Shown: piece by piece, positions 26,470-39,099 of the stretch
How positions within the stretch are numbered: the first letter of the stretch is position 1
Layout: every line of letters starts with the position of its first letter
From: Octopus vulgaris
Taxonomy: Eukaryota
Assembly (NCBI GenBank): GCA_951406725.2
Contig: OX597837.1
Span: forward strand, 24,304,001-24,368,000
Direction of reading: 5' to 3'
DNA: 64,000 nt
Notes under the pieces: generated by a model
What the model was told of the DNA's origin: nothing
The model's input: only the letters and a program-made list of their open reading frames with translations
Database searches by the model: none
Translations under genes and position numbers: made by a program

Positions 26470-27420
26470 TTGGTGTATCAGTGGAAAGATCCAAATTCTG
26501 AGATTCACCACAAGCTCCTCATCTGTCTTTCCTATTATTTAATCAAACATTATAGTGGTGGTTGTTATGTTTATGGGTGACCAAACTATTTCTAGAGTTG
26601 TGGGGTTTAGAAGATGAATCCAAAGAACTGTTAATTCAAGTAGTCAAACTATTGGTAAATGTGGCCTGTTTAAGTTTGGCATTATTGCAGTATGATTATA
26701 ATTTGGTCATAATCACTTCTTTTAAGAGCTGGTTGTAGTATTTGGCATGATTTTGGAACATATTTTGGTTAGCAGAAATATTAGAGATTCTAATGGATAT
26801 GGTTTAACAATACTGTTCCTAACTGAAAGTGGATCGTTAGAAGATCTATGGACATAATTTAAGTTTTTGTTGAGTTTATGATAGGGACTAAATGCTTGTG
26901 AACTCAAATCTAGGGTTAAGTCTGGGTAGCTGACTTTAGTGGTTCCCTTTCCAAAGAAGATTGTTAGGTTAAAATTTTGGAAGAACTTGTGTAACTTCTT
27001 CCTTAATTTTTTGAAGGGCAAGGAGAAATGATTGACTGTAGTAAGCAGAGTGTCATCTGGATAATTGGGAAGAATTTGTGGAGTTCATATTGAAGGTAAA
27101 GCCCCATGAGGTCTGTAATTTGGACAGAGTCAGATGAGCCATTGTAATGTCAAGCTCATTGTTTCAGGTGAGACGGCACCATAATTTACCATGGAAACTC
27201 ATAAGTGTATGCACTACTCCATCAGAGATTTTCAAAAATTTTGTTGCAAAAATCAGGGCCTTATTCAATAGAATTGATGAAATCAAAGAATAATAACTGT
27301 CTATGTCAAACTGGATGAAATGATATATTAATTTTGCTAGTAAGCTTAATGAACCAATTAATGACTTTGCTGGAGTTGTACCATAGGCTCAGACGAGTAT
27401 TATTCTAATATTATAATTAT
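26470..27420 (-). mobile_element. Degenerate Penelope-like element, RT region
   Basis: Minus-strand motifs HFIQFDIDSYY (~27290-27322), LDITM, YPDD and DLTLDL...PYHK...YVHRSSN resemble PLE RT (FDI..FYPSI, FDVTMG, YRDD, FLDVTL...YVH..SNHPP). Stops and frameshifts present. Confidence 0.75.
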
Positions 27421-27699
27421 TCTAATATTAGCAGAACATATTCATTCACTCAAGTAAAAAAACATTAACTATGATATTAAATGGCCCATTATGGCTAAAG
27501 CCTAACCCTATAATGGTATTGGGAAATTCTATAAACTCTGCTTTGGCAAAACCCTCAAAATTCTATTTACAGATAGGAAAACATTCTCAACAAACATCAT
27601 CAACTATATATACTTATATACATATAAGACAGTGCCCCAGTATGGCTGCAACTGTTGAGCTGAAACTAGTGAAAGAATTAAAGAATATATATATATATA

Positions 27700-29864
27700 C
27701 TAGCAAACCCTTCCCTCATCTGTTGGATGATGTAAGTTCGTGATAGGACTGGAGTCTAAAATAGTGTAACTCCGCTTCTGTCTGTGATGCTCTGACGATT
27801 ACAGTTGAAGCAGCATTGGGAGCATGCTGAAGATCTGCTAGTTGAGCTGTCTGTGATGATCTGGTGATCAAATTAGAGGCAGCATTACAAGCACGCCAGA
27901 GTTCTGCTAGTTGAGGTATCTGTGATGATCTGGTGATCAAATTAGAGGCAGCGTTGCAAGCACGCCAGAGTTCTGCTTGTTGAGATGTCTGTGATGATCT
28001 GGCGATCAAATTAGAGGCAGCATTGCAAGCACGCCAGAGTTCTGCTTGTTGAGCTGTCTGTGATGTTCTGGTGGTTGAAGTCAAAGAAGCATTGCAAGTA
28101 TGGTTCTTCTGTTTCGCTGGCCCGCAAGGAACGCAAAACAGAAGTATTTTTTGTTTTTCTGATAATGTAACTCTTACTTTTTTGAGGCATCCTATCAAAA
28201 ATCTGTAATTGGATGAATCTTTGAAAAAAAAATCAAATTTACCTTGTTGCTAAATATGGTATTTCAACACAAAAAATTCCCACAACACTAAAGTGCAGAA
28301 TTATTTACAATGGTATTGTAAGCACCAAATGGCATGTGGATGCAGACAGCTGTGAATGAGCATTCACATCTATAAGCACATGTGGACAGAATATATTTCA
28401 AGAAAATCGATATTCTATTGAGTAAAAGTGCAATTATGATAAAATATAAACGATCAATGCAAACACCAGTGTACTGACAGGTAGCAGAAGGTAAAGGGTA
28501 TTTCTAAGAAATATCACACTTAAGTAAGAAATTCAATAAAAAGAATGTGCAAATCGAAATAGTTTCTAAGACTTCTCTGAAAATGAAAGACAGCCAAAAC
28601 CGGGCTTCCTTTGGGGAAAAAAAGGATGTTAGCATTAAAATGACCTTATATTAACTTGGAAGTAATGAAACTTCTTTGTAAATAAATTTAAAGTCCACGT
28701 AACTGGACAACTTCAAATGGGATATAGGGTTTGGCAATATGCGATGTTGACTGATAAAGTAGCAAACCTTGTGGATGAAAAAGGTACCAGAACTGACCAA
28801 ATAGTGCATTTTAAAATATAACCGATAAATTTGATTCGTAAAATTCGTAAAAATGATTAGAATTTGCCAAAATAGTGTTCCATTATGCTTACCAATAAAA
28901 ACAACTCATAATTTGAAATGTTAATACTAATACTCCTTCTTCATGAAATGGAATTAAAGAATAAACAACTGGCATGTCCATATCAGATCAAGTGAGTCAC
29001 GCAAAAGTAAAAAAATACCGCTCATTTTTTGTTCTATTTAAGAAACTGATAGCTGAAGTTTTAGATATTTGTCGCCCAAATTTCCACATTCGATCACCAA
29101 TCAATTTGTCATTTTCTACTGTCAATTGAAGTTTGTTGTGAGAAAATATTCACACAGCTGATTGATCACCAATTAGTGCCAATTATTCCTTAACCCTTTA
29201 GCATTCAGATTATTCTGTAAAATGTAAAGCTTATGTATTCACACCATGTAAAATTAATCTTGCATCATTTCATGGCTTTGAGATTTCAATGATGTGATTG
29301 TTTATTTTTAAAATGACACAATAAGGTAGCTATGAATGACTATATCTGACTAGTTTGAACATAAAATAGGTAGAATATTTTGGCCGGATATGGCCGGTTT
29401 AAACACTAAAGTTAATATTTTATTTCATTCTTATTTATTCAAAGTAATTGCCTTGTCTTCTTACTCTTTTGTGTCAGCTTATTTATTAAATAGAGAATGA
29501 CAAGTCTGGATGCACGTGTTCAAGTACAGTTCATTCTAGAATGATATCGATTTTTATCACAATCACATATGTTCTTTCATGAAATTGCTTAGAAAGCTTA
29601 ATGCAATTAATGCTCTGATGCTGATTGTATGAACATAGCGGCCGTTCATACATGATTTGCAGAACGATAGCCAATAAGCGCTATTGAAATCAGATATTTT
29701 ATCAAGATTTTGATTAAAAAAGGGTAAATCTCACTTTGAAACCAACGATTATGTTATGAAATTTAAATGATGCACCCACTGTGATGCCTTTTATCTATGT
29801 GTAAAATTTCAGCAGGATCAGTTGAAAAATACAGCCGTTATAATCTTTTACACACATACAGAAT

Positions 29865-29880
<16 letters not shown>
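27700..29880 (-). mobile_element. Internally deleted Helitron retaining the RepHel N-terminal repeat region
   Basis: CTAG end at 27700-27703. ATG at 28190 gives MPQKSKSYIIRKTKNTSVLRSLRASETEE, then (frameshifted) 60-bp repeats encoding RSSQTAQQAELWRACNAASN. Helitron-type 5' end region at ~29790-29880. Confidence 0.6.
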
Positions 29881-29904
<24 letters not shown>

Positions 29905-30869
29905 TATATATATATATATATGCATAGGCATATATATATATATATGAATGTGTGTGTGTGTATCTACACATATATACACATACATACATATAAATTTGTA
30001 GTGTAATATATAGATTCATAGAATTGTGTGGTTATCACAGAAAGCTCCTCTAATGGACCTGGCTATCATGCTATAAAGTAATCTATACAGAGGAGTATAA
30101 TGCAGTTTCAAGCACCTTAAATCTGAAGGATCTGATCAATGAGATTACTTCATGAGGAGTTAGGATTATGAAAGACAAATGTATTTATTTAACAACTTCT
30201 TATCCTTAGCATTTCAGCCACTTCACAGCCTTCTCCATGATAATTGCAGCGTATAATAAACTATGTTTACATGTCTGCACTAATATATTTACAATTGTAT
30301 ATTCACAAATCAATGCAAATAAAGAAAGCCAGCTTTCTTTATCTACATTGATTCAATGCAGATAAGAGCTGCATCGTTTGTGTAACCATATTCTGGTGAT
30401 CTGATAAGCTAGCTTTCTTTGTGTGGGCATGTGTGAGTGTATAAGAAAAAATATATACTCTTTACTCTTACTTGTTTCAGTCATTTGACTGCAGCCATGC
30501 TGGAGCACCGCCTTTAGTCGAGCAACTCGACCCCAGGACTTATTCTTTGTAAGCCCAGTACTTATTCTATCAGTACCTTTTGCCGAACCGCTAAGTGACG
30601 GAGACATAAACACACCAGCATCGGTTGTCAAGAAATGCTAGGGGGACAAACACAGACACACACTCACACACATATATATATATATATACATATATACGAC
30701 GGGCTTTTTTCAGTTTCCGTCTACAAATTCACTCACAAGGCTTTGGTCAGCCCGAGGCTATAGTAGAAGACACTTGCCCAAGGTCCCACGCAGTCGGATT
30801 GAACCCGGAACCATGTGGTTGGTCAGCAAGCTACTTACCACACAGCCACTCCTGCACCTATATTTACAT

Positions 30870-31410
30870 CATAGCCAATTGATGTGCTGTCCTCTTCATA
30901 GTATCTCATGGTCTCATTTGCATATAAGAGAATAGTAGGATGGTGTTATTGAAGAGTCTGATAAATATTGTATTGTCTGGCTTTGTTTTGAACACCTTTT
31001 ATTAAGTGCCCTCTATCCAGCCCTTATTCTCATTGAGATCTCAGCATTCATATCTCGGTGCATTTTCTCTGTGTTCCCTAAGAAGACGTGCTCCTGAATC
31101 TCCTTGATTTCATTACTTCCCACCTCTATTTGGCCTTGTGTTATGCCTAGCAAACGCAGATATTTTGTTTCCATGCAGTTCATTTTAAGACCTACTGCTA
31201 AGTTCTGAGTGTCCAGCTTGGTTGGCATGGTCTGCAGCTGCTCTGTGGTTTCAACAATGAGGGCAATGTCATCAGCAAATCAGAGGTGTGTCAGTTACTT
31301 GCCATTGGTGTTCATGACACCTGTCCAGTCAATGTCCTTGATAACCATTTTTAAATATGTGGTAAAGAGCTTTAGAGAGATATCTCCTTGCTTAACACCC
31401 TTCTCAACTG
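30870..31410 (-). mobile_element. RTE LINE RT fragment
   Basis: KGVKQGDISLKLFT, FADDIALI and GLKMN..KY motifs, with stops. Confidence 0.75.
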
Positions 31411-31434
31411 GGAGTCACACACACACGTATAAAT

Positions 31435-31489
<55 letters not shown>

Positions 31490-32132
31490 AAATATAAGTT
31501 AGTCCTAGAGTGCACAATGTTCCTGAAGGTTGGCAATGGTCTTCCTCGGTCACGAGTGGACGGCCATCATCATCATCATATATATATATATACTGCTATG
31601 TAATTCTCAGCCCCCAGAAACAACAGTTAGACCTGAAACAACATGCCCCTCTCCTTAATTTTCTGTTACTTTTGCACTCCACGTAAATACGTTCTGTGAA
31701 TATATAAATATATACTCTTTTATTTGTTTATTATACAACAGGCTTCTTTCAGTTTCCGTCTACCAAATCCACTCACAAGGCTTTGGTCGGCTCGAGGCTA
31801 TAGCAGAAGACACTTGCCCGGAACCATGTGGTTGGTAAACAAGCTACTTACCACACAGCCACTCCTGCGCCTATATGTTGATACATAAATTTACATGTGA
31901 ATATTTTCATTTTTGGTTTTTTTCTCTATATATATATCATTGAAAAAAAAACACCCACCACCTATATTTACATGTATATATGAACATTTTATATATCAAG
32001 ACCAAGTGTGATTATTGTTTATTTGCATCATTATCGCTATACATATATATATAGGCATATACATACATACAAATATATATACTCTTCTATTCTTTTATTT
32101 GTTTCAGCTATACATCAGCGGTCATGCTGGAG

Positions 32133-32166
<34 letters not shown>

Positions 32167-33359
32167 TTACTTGTTTCAGTCTTTGGATTGTAGCAATGCT
32201 GGGGCTATACTTTAAGGAATTTTTAGTTGAATGGATTGACCCCAGTACATTTTTTTTTTAAGCATGGCATTTATTCTATTAATCCCTTTGGCCAAACAGC
32301 TGAGTTTCAGGGATGTAAACACACCAACACTGGCTATGAAGTGAGTGGTGGTAGGGAACAAACTCAAGCACAAAGACACACACACACACATATATATATA
32401 GTAGGGTGCCAAGAGCACCATCCGAGTTTGATCGTTGCCAGAGCAGCCAACTGGCTTCCATACCAGTGGCACGTAAAAGGGCACCATTCGAGCGTGATCA
32501 TTACCAATGTCACCCTACTGGCACCTGTGCTGGTGGCATGTGTAAAAGGATTCAAGCGAGGTCATTGCCAGTACCACCTGACTGGCCCCCGTGCCGATGG
32601 CACGTAAAAAGCACCCACTACACTCTCAGAGTGGTTGGCGTTAGGAAGGGCATCCAGCTGTAGAAACTCTGCCAAATCAAGATTGGAGCCTGGTGCAGCC
32701 ATCTGGTTCGCCAACCCTCAGTCAAAACCGTCCAACCCATGCTAGCATGGAAAGCGGGCGTTAAACGATGATGATGATGATGATATTTATATATACACAT
32801 ACACAACATCATTACATACATATAAATACACATGCATAGACACATATATATATATATATACTTACATATATGTAAACATATAAATACATAATACATACAT
32901 ACATTCATATATATATACATGCAGGCACATGCATGCATACATATTTACACACACACATCTCAAATAATTAATCCTTTTTTAAGTGACAAATAGTACAAAG
33001 CAAGAATGTGTGTTGGCACTAGTATTATTTGCTTTATTCTTTGCAGTTATGCTAGAGTATGTCTTTGTTGATGATCCCTGTGAAAAAAATTGCACCTCTG
33101 GTGGTATCTTCAATCAGCACCATATTAAGCAAAAAGGAAAAGAAAAAAAACGAAAAAAAAAAATAAATAAATAAATAAGGTCTTCCTTTCAAACTACCAC
33201 ACTCATGAAGTGGTTGGCGTTAGGAAGGGCATCCAGCCGTAGAAACATTGCCAGATCAGACTGGGCTTGGTGCAGCCTTCTGGCTTCCCAGACCCCAGTT
33301 GCACCGTCCAACCCATGCCACCATGGAAAGCGGACACTAAATGATGATGATGATGATGA

Positions 33360-33672
33360 TGATGTCTGTGCACCGTTTGCTAATTCCCTTGAAGACATTC
33401 AACAGACTGTCAATATATTTATTGCAGCAGTCAGATGTTTTGGCTTCCCCCATAAGCACAAAGAAGACGGAGCTTCTGTTGCAGTCACATTCTGGCAGTA
33501 ATCAAGGTTATGCCTAGAGTGTATCCTTGAAGGTAAAAGTAATAAGACAGTCAATGTTTTCATTCATCTTCACTCCACAGTGACAAATGATGATAAGCTT
33601 GATAAAGAGATTAAAACATGAAGAGGAAGAGCAAACACAGCTTTTGGCAAACTCTATAAGAGGCCTTGGAAT
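33360..33672 (+). mobile_element. RTE-BovB-like RT relic fused to an RTE tail
   Basis: DDVCAPFANSLEDIQQTVNIF...KKTELL...AFGKLYKRPW pattern. Confidence 0.55.
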
Positions 33673-33674
33673 AT

Positions 33675-34143
33675 CTATTTCTTTACTGCCCACAAGGGGC
33701 TAAACACAGAGGGGACAAACAAGGACAGACAAATGGATTAAGTTGATTACATCGACCCCAGTGCGAAACTGGTACTTAATTTATCGACCCTGAAAGGATG
33801 AAAGGCAAAGTCGACCTCGGCAGAATTTGAACTCGGAACGTAACGGCAGAGGCAATATTGCTAAGCATTTCGCCCAGCGTACTAACATTTCTGCCAGCTC
33901 GCCACTTTCTATTTCTTTACTACCCACAAGGGGCTAAACACAGAGAGAACAAACAAGGACAGACAAACAGATTAAGTCGATTACATCGACCCCCCAGTGC
34001 GTAACTGGTACTTATTTAATCGAACCTGAAAGGATGAAAGGCAAAGTTGACCTCGGCGAAATTTGAACTCAGAACGTAGCGGCAGATGCAATACTGCGAA
34101 GAATTTCACCCGGTGTGCTAACGATTCTGCCAGCTCACCGCCC
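33675..34143 (-). mobile_element. Two complete family M SINEs head-to-tail
   Basis: Both units keep their heads. ttggaatatct flanks the pair. Confidence 0.85.
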
Positions 34144-35864
34144 TAACTTTGGAATATCTGTGAAGGTGTTGGTGTACCGTACAAAGTGTACAAGTACATT
34201 ATAAAGCTTAACTACTACTTAAACATTTCAGGCATGATGTTTATCTGATTTAGGACTCCTACAAGGCAGAAAGGATTTATTTACCAAAGAAAACTGAAGC
34301 AGGATTTATTGGTTAGTTAAGGCCAATATAAATCCTGAATGCAGATGGCAAGATTTACATGGGCTTACTTGCTAAAAGAACAGCTACGTCTCTATACAAA
34401 ACGATGGCTGTGTGAATGAGATAGTCTGGAAGGCTGGACTTCCTGGTGTGTCAAACACACATTTTAATCTGGGATCCAATACAAGACACTGTGAAGAATA
34501 TAAGGGATTTGAATGTTTGGTGTAATCTGGCAAATGCTTATGGTTCTGTACCACACAAACTGGAGACAGAAGCAATAGATTTTTTGGACACCGAAGAGGA
34601 TTGCAGATTTGATGAAGTGTAACAGTGTCTGAGTGTGGTTCACAACAGACTGGCAATGTCTTGGAACTGCTGCAGGCTGCACAATATCAGTTGTGTGGTT
34701 TTTACATGTCATGGAGATGCTATTTAGATCAGCAGACTAAGAAGGCAATTGTGGATGACATAACAACACTGACAAAGGAACCAAAAAGGTATGCAAATAG
34801 TTCTAGGAAGACTGGACGAACTATTTACTTGATCAAAAATACAGTTTGAAGCAAGAAAGCCAAGCAGTCTGACATCTGTCAAAGGTTAGCAGAAGCAAAT
34901 GAAGTTCAGAATAACAGGGGAAACCATGCCAATAGTTAAAGGCTAACCCATGTAAGTTTAAGACTATGGCACACTAAGTCTTTGTTGAGATAATGGCACA
35001 AGCTGAAGATAGGTTAAAAGCAACAAGTCAAAACTACTTGGCAAATTATAAGATTTGGTGCTTGCAGTTTGATTTATACCTATTTCTTTACTACCCACAA
35101 GGGGCTAAACACAGAGAGGACAAACAAGGACAGATAAATGGATTAAGTCGACTATATTGACCCCAGTGCGTAACTGGTACTTATTTAATCGACCCCGAAA
35201 GGATGAAAGGCAAAGTCGACCTCGGCGGAATTTGAACTCAGAACATAGCTGCAGACGAAATACCGCTAAGCATTTCGCCTGGTGTGCTAACGTTTCTGCC
35301 AGCTCACCGCCTTTACAGTTTGATCTATACCACCCACCCCCAGCTTGTATGCAGAGTAACACTGTCTAAAGTAGAGATCATAGAACAAAAATACAATATT
35401 TACACCAGGAAGTGGCTTGATCTACCTCAAATGATTAACAGATCAGCACTGTACTGAGAGAGAGGGTTTCTTCAACCACTTATAACATCAGCTGAGATCT
35501 ACAAAGCTGGAATGGTGTAAACAGTCCAATGTTGTAGAAATTCAAGACAATTTGTCAGATATCAAAAATGCAAGAACATAGAATGCAGAGAAAGAAACTA
35601 CAGACAGACTTGCATCACTTGAACGTCAAGACATAGAAGGAGTGATTAAAAGTGACTAGAAAGGCATTGGCTGTAATCGACTTAAACTATTTTCAATAAT
35701 GACACAGAGGAAACACAGAGCTGTGTTAAGCTAGAGAAGCAGAGAAAAGGAAACTGCATTTGATTCAATGCCCTCAGCAGGGACAGATTACCAAAGGGGG
35801 AAGAAGGATCTATTGACATACTGGCATACAAGATATAGTGGGAGTAATTAAAAATGACCAGAAA

Positions 35865-36193
35865 AGAAGGTTATTGAAGGAAAAGTTGGTTGGAATAAGA
35901 AGGTTATTGAAAGAAAAGTTGGTTGGAATAAGAAGGTTATTGAAAGAAAAGTTGGTTGGAATAAGAAGGTTATTGAAAGAAAAGTTGGTTGGAATAAGAA
36001 TGTTATTGAAAGAAAAGTTGGTTGGAATAAGAAGGTTATTGGAATAAGAAGGTTATTGAAAGAAAAGTTGGTTGGAATAAGAAGGTTATTGAAAAGAAAA
36101 GTTGAAAGAAAAGTTGGTTGGAATAAGAAGGTTATTGAAAGAAAAGTTGGTTGGAATAAGAAGGTTATTGAAAGAAAAGTTGGTTGGAATAAG
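35865..36193 (+). repeat. 33-bp minisatellite (aagaaggttattgaaagaaaagttggttggaat), ~10 units
   Basis: Directly visible, with two partial units. Confidence 0.95.
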
Positions 36194-36348
36194 ATCTGGA
36201 GGTGAAGCATATCATGGCCGAAATTCCATCTTTGAGATGTCTATGATGTATTTCCAGCCTCTGCTCAAATCTGCTGAGATGGAAAATGGTAAATTTTCCA
36301 AATGTAGATGAAGAAAAATTGGGACACTACAGAATATATTATCTAAGT

Positions 36349-36545
36349 CAGTGCTTTCCAAACTTTTTGCTGGAGCAGAACCCCAAGGAAACATTCCACT
36401 GGCTCGAGGAACCCCTGTGCAATAATTTAATAGTCTTATGCACACATTTCTGTACAGGAGAATTAAAAATTACTGCCAATTTTGGCAGTTTTGTAACTTC
36501 TTGCGGAACCCTAAGGTTCCGCGGGACCCTGGTTGAAAACCACTG
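36349..36545. mobile_element. hAT-like MITE
   Basis: cagtgctttccaaac...gttgaaaaccactg with perfect TSD ATCTAAGT at 36341-36348 and 36546-36553. Confidence 0.88.
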
Positions 36546-37571
36546 ATCTAAGTGCTCAATGGCACTGGACAAGGAATATGTGGAGACACAAGGAGGTTCT
36601 CAAGATTCTCCATTGTGTTGCCAAGAAGCAGATGGAAATGATCAATGATAGCAAAAAACCACAGAAGAATAGCAGTAAATGGTTTATCACATATAGTTAG
36701 TCAGGGCCAAGATGGTTACCCAAAACAGGAGAAAGCTGTAAAGCTGAGATTCATGAAAACTGGGATGGAGTTTGGGAGCTGACAGCAAATCTTTTAGGGA
36801 TTGCGTTTGCTCGGCAGTGAATTATCTCCCCTTGATTGGTCCTTGTCTTTTTAGAATAATAATGAAATTATTGTATACAGTGCTCAGGTGCACCACAACT
36901 TGTCAAAAGTGTGTATAATGCATATGCAGTAATGTACAAATGTCTGGGAAGTGAACAATGTATGAGTCAGATACATGTTTGCATGTGTAAGGAGGGGAGA
37001 AAATCAGGTGTAGTGTTGGCGAATCTCAGGAAGCATGGAAGTTTTGAAGGATGCAGTGCTCCGACAACTAACAACTGATGCCGGCAGTTTGTTCCATGCT
37101 TCAGCAACTCTCAGCGTGAAAAAATGTTTCCTAAAGCCATGGGGGCTGTGCTGTTTTCTGACTTTGTAAACATGTCCACGGGTGTTAGACAGGTGGAGTT
37201 TTAAATCACCTGTGCTCGTTCAAAATTCACATCAAATGCAGTTACTAAAAACTCCCTTGGGGATGTTCCAGCTTACAAAATGGCAAAAGAAATGTAATAT
37301 TTTGATCAAGAAATACTGGGTAGCTGACTTTCAATAGGCTTTTTGTGTTTTTCTTATTTATAATATCTTTACTACTGGTTGAACTTCATATCTCAGACAT
37401 ACACAGGGTATAGGGAGAAGTGTAGCTGTGTAGTAAGAAGTTTGCTATCCAACTGCATCGTTTCAGGTTCAATCCCATAGCATGTCACCTTAATTAATTG
37501 TCTTCTACTATAGCCGTGAGCCAACCAACAGCTTGTGAGTGAATTTGTAGGCAAAAACTGAAAGAAAACTC

Positions 37572-37603
<32 letters not shown>

Positions 37604-38074
37604 TGTGTGTGCATGTGACTGCCTTCTTGCCTGGACTTCAAGCAATAGTTATACATTAATGTCATTAACATGCAAGTCGCGACCTTCATTCTGTGACAAC
37701 ATATGTCTGGTCATGGGGACAGGAAGGACATCTGGCTGTGGAAAATCTGCCTCAACAAATTCTGTCCAACACATGCAATTATACAATAATGAAGACATTA
37801 TCTCTCTCTCTCTCTCTCTCTCTCTCAATATATATATATACTAACTGCTGAATAACCTATTTTGAATACCTAACTGTGAGCAAACCAGTAAATGTTTGAA
37901 GAAATCCCTTACTAATTACCAATACACACACACATATATACTGTATTTTGAAATAATAGCATGAAATTTAATATCAAAAAAATTTCTCACAAAGATACAT
38001 GTGTCTAAAATAGTATTATATTAAAAATATATGTAAATATATGAAACATGAGTTTAAAACTTCGTTAATTAATG

Positions 38075-38166
38075 CATCATACAGTCGTTTCATGAAAGTA
38101 TTATCATTATAATGGAATCCATTGATGATATACATTGATAAGCAATACTTCCACTCGTCAGGGATG
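38075..38166 (-). ncRNA. Type I hammerhead ribozyme motif in left pseudo-LTR
   Basis: CAUCC-CUGACGA-GUGGAAGUAUU...AAUACUUUCAU-GAAAC-GACU-GUA-UGAUG. Intact core and 11-bp stem II. Confidence 0.7.
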
Positions 38167-38469
38167 GAGAAGATAAACTTTTTATAATATATCACCACAA
38201 TTAAAATATCCTACTCTACAACACCAAATACAGGATCTATTATTGTCAGTTCTGATACAAGAAAAATTAATAAATATAAAAATAGCTTTAGTAATAACAG
38301 CAATAACAATACTAATAATGAAACAAACAATCACACTAAGATCCCAGATAATGCTCAAAATACTCGGACACATAGCAATGATATCAAAAGAACAAAATCC
38401 CAACAAAATTCTAACAACCATATATTGGAAAATATACAGCATGCCTTAGGTAATACAATACCACAAACT

Positions 38470-38800
38470 AATAGTAATAAGCGGAAAGTGTAACCTCTCG
38501 AAAGAGCTGTTCTTCACTCCTGCTCCAGAGCGTCGGCTGCGGGGTCATTCCGAGAAGCTCTACCTGCGACGATTTCATCTCAATCGAAGGAGAGGAGCTT
38601 TCTCCGTCCGGGTTGCGGATCCATGGAACAAGCTGCCAGACGAGATGGTGAAGATGCCGACGACCGCTTTGTTCAAAGTCTCCCTTGACCTCAAGTGGCC
38701 TGAACTCTTTACATGAACACCACCCTGTACTTAACTCCATGTCCCCCCTACATGGCCTTGCTATTTGCTTTTGAGCCAAATTAACTAACTAACTAACTAA
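38470..38800 (+). mobile_element. CR1-clade LINE 3' fragment with (TAAC)n tail
   Basis: + strand reads RLRGHSEKLY...RRGAFSVRVADPWNKLPDEMV...FKVSLD. Confidence 0.85.
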
Positions 38801-39099
38801 CATATATCTAACTCCAAGATAAATAAGGCTACAGCAAATTCAATGATAATATTAAGCACCATAACAAATAATTATAATAATATTAAATGTTATACCTCTG
38901 AACAGAAATTTAAAAATAAAAATTGCCCATGTAAAAATAAAGAATCATGCCCTTAAGAAGGTAAATGTAGAAGACTCAACATGATATACAAGCACATAGT
39001 TATATTAGCGGATAGGTTAAGTAATATGGTATACATAGGGAGTTCTGTTAATTTTAAGCAAAGATTTTTAGCACACATACATTCCTAAAAAGAGCCATT

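Larger units (their letters stand above)
34200..36850 (+). mobile_element. Degenerate HERO-like (R2-group) non-LTR retrotransposon with nested insertions
   Basis: Translatable pieces in the expected order: GCTISVVWFLHVMEML, IVDDITT, YTRKWLDLP...SALY, LERQDIEG...KGIG, ERKVGWNKIW, VYDV, GTLQNILS-KCSMAL...WRHKEVL. Interrupted by a SINE (35079-35311), a minisatellite and a MITE. Confidence 0.7.

Noticed and set aside
35838-36311. Repeat-protein ORFs (RRLLKEKLVGI)n and (ITFLFQPTFLS)n
   Set aside because: Read-through of a 33-bp minisatellite inside a decayed LINE.
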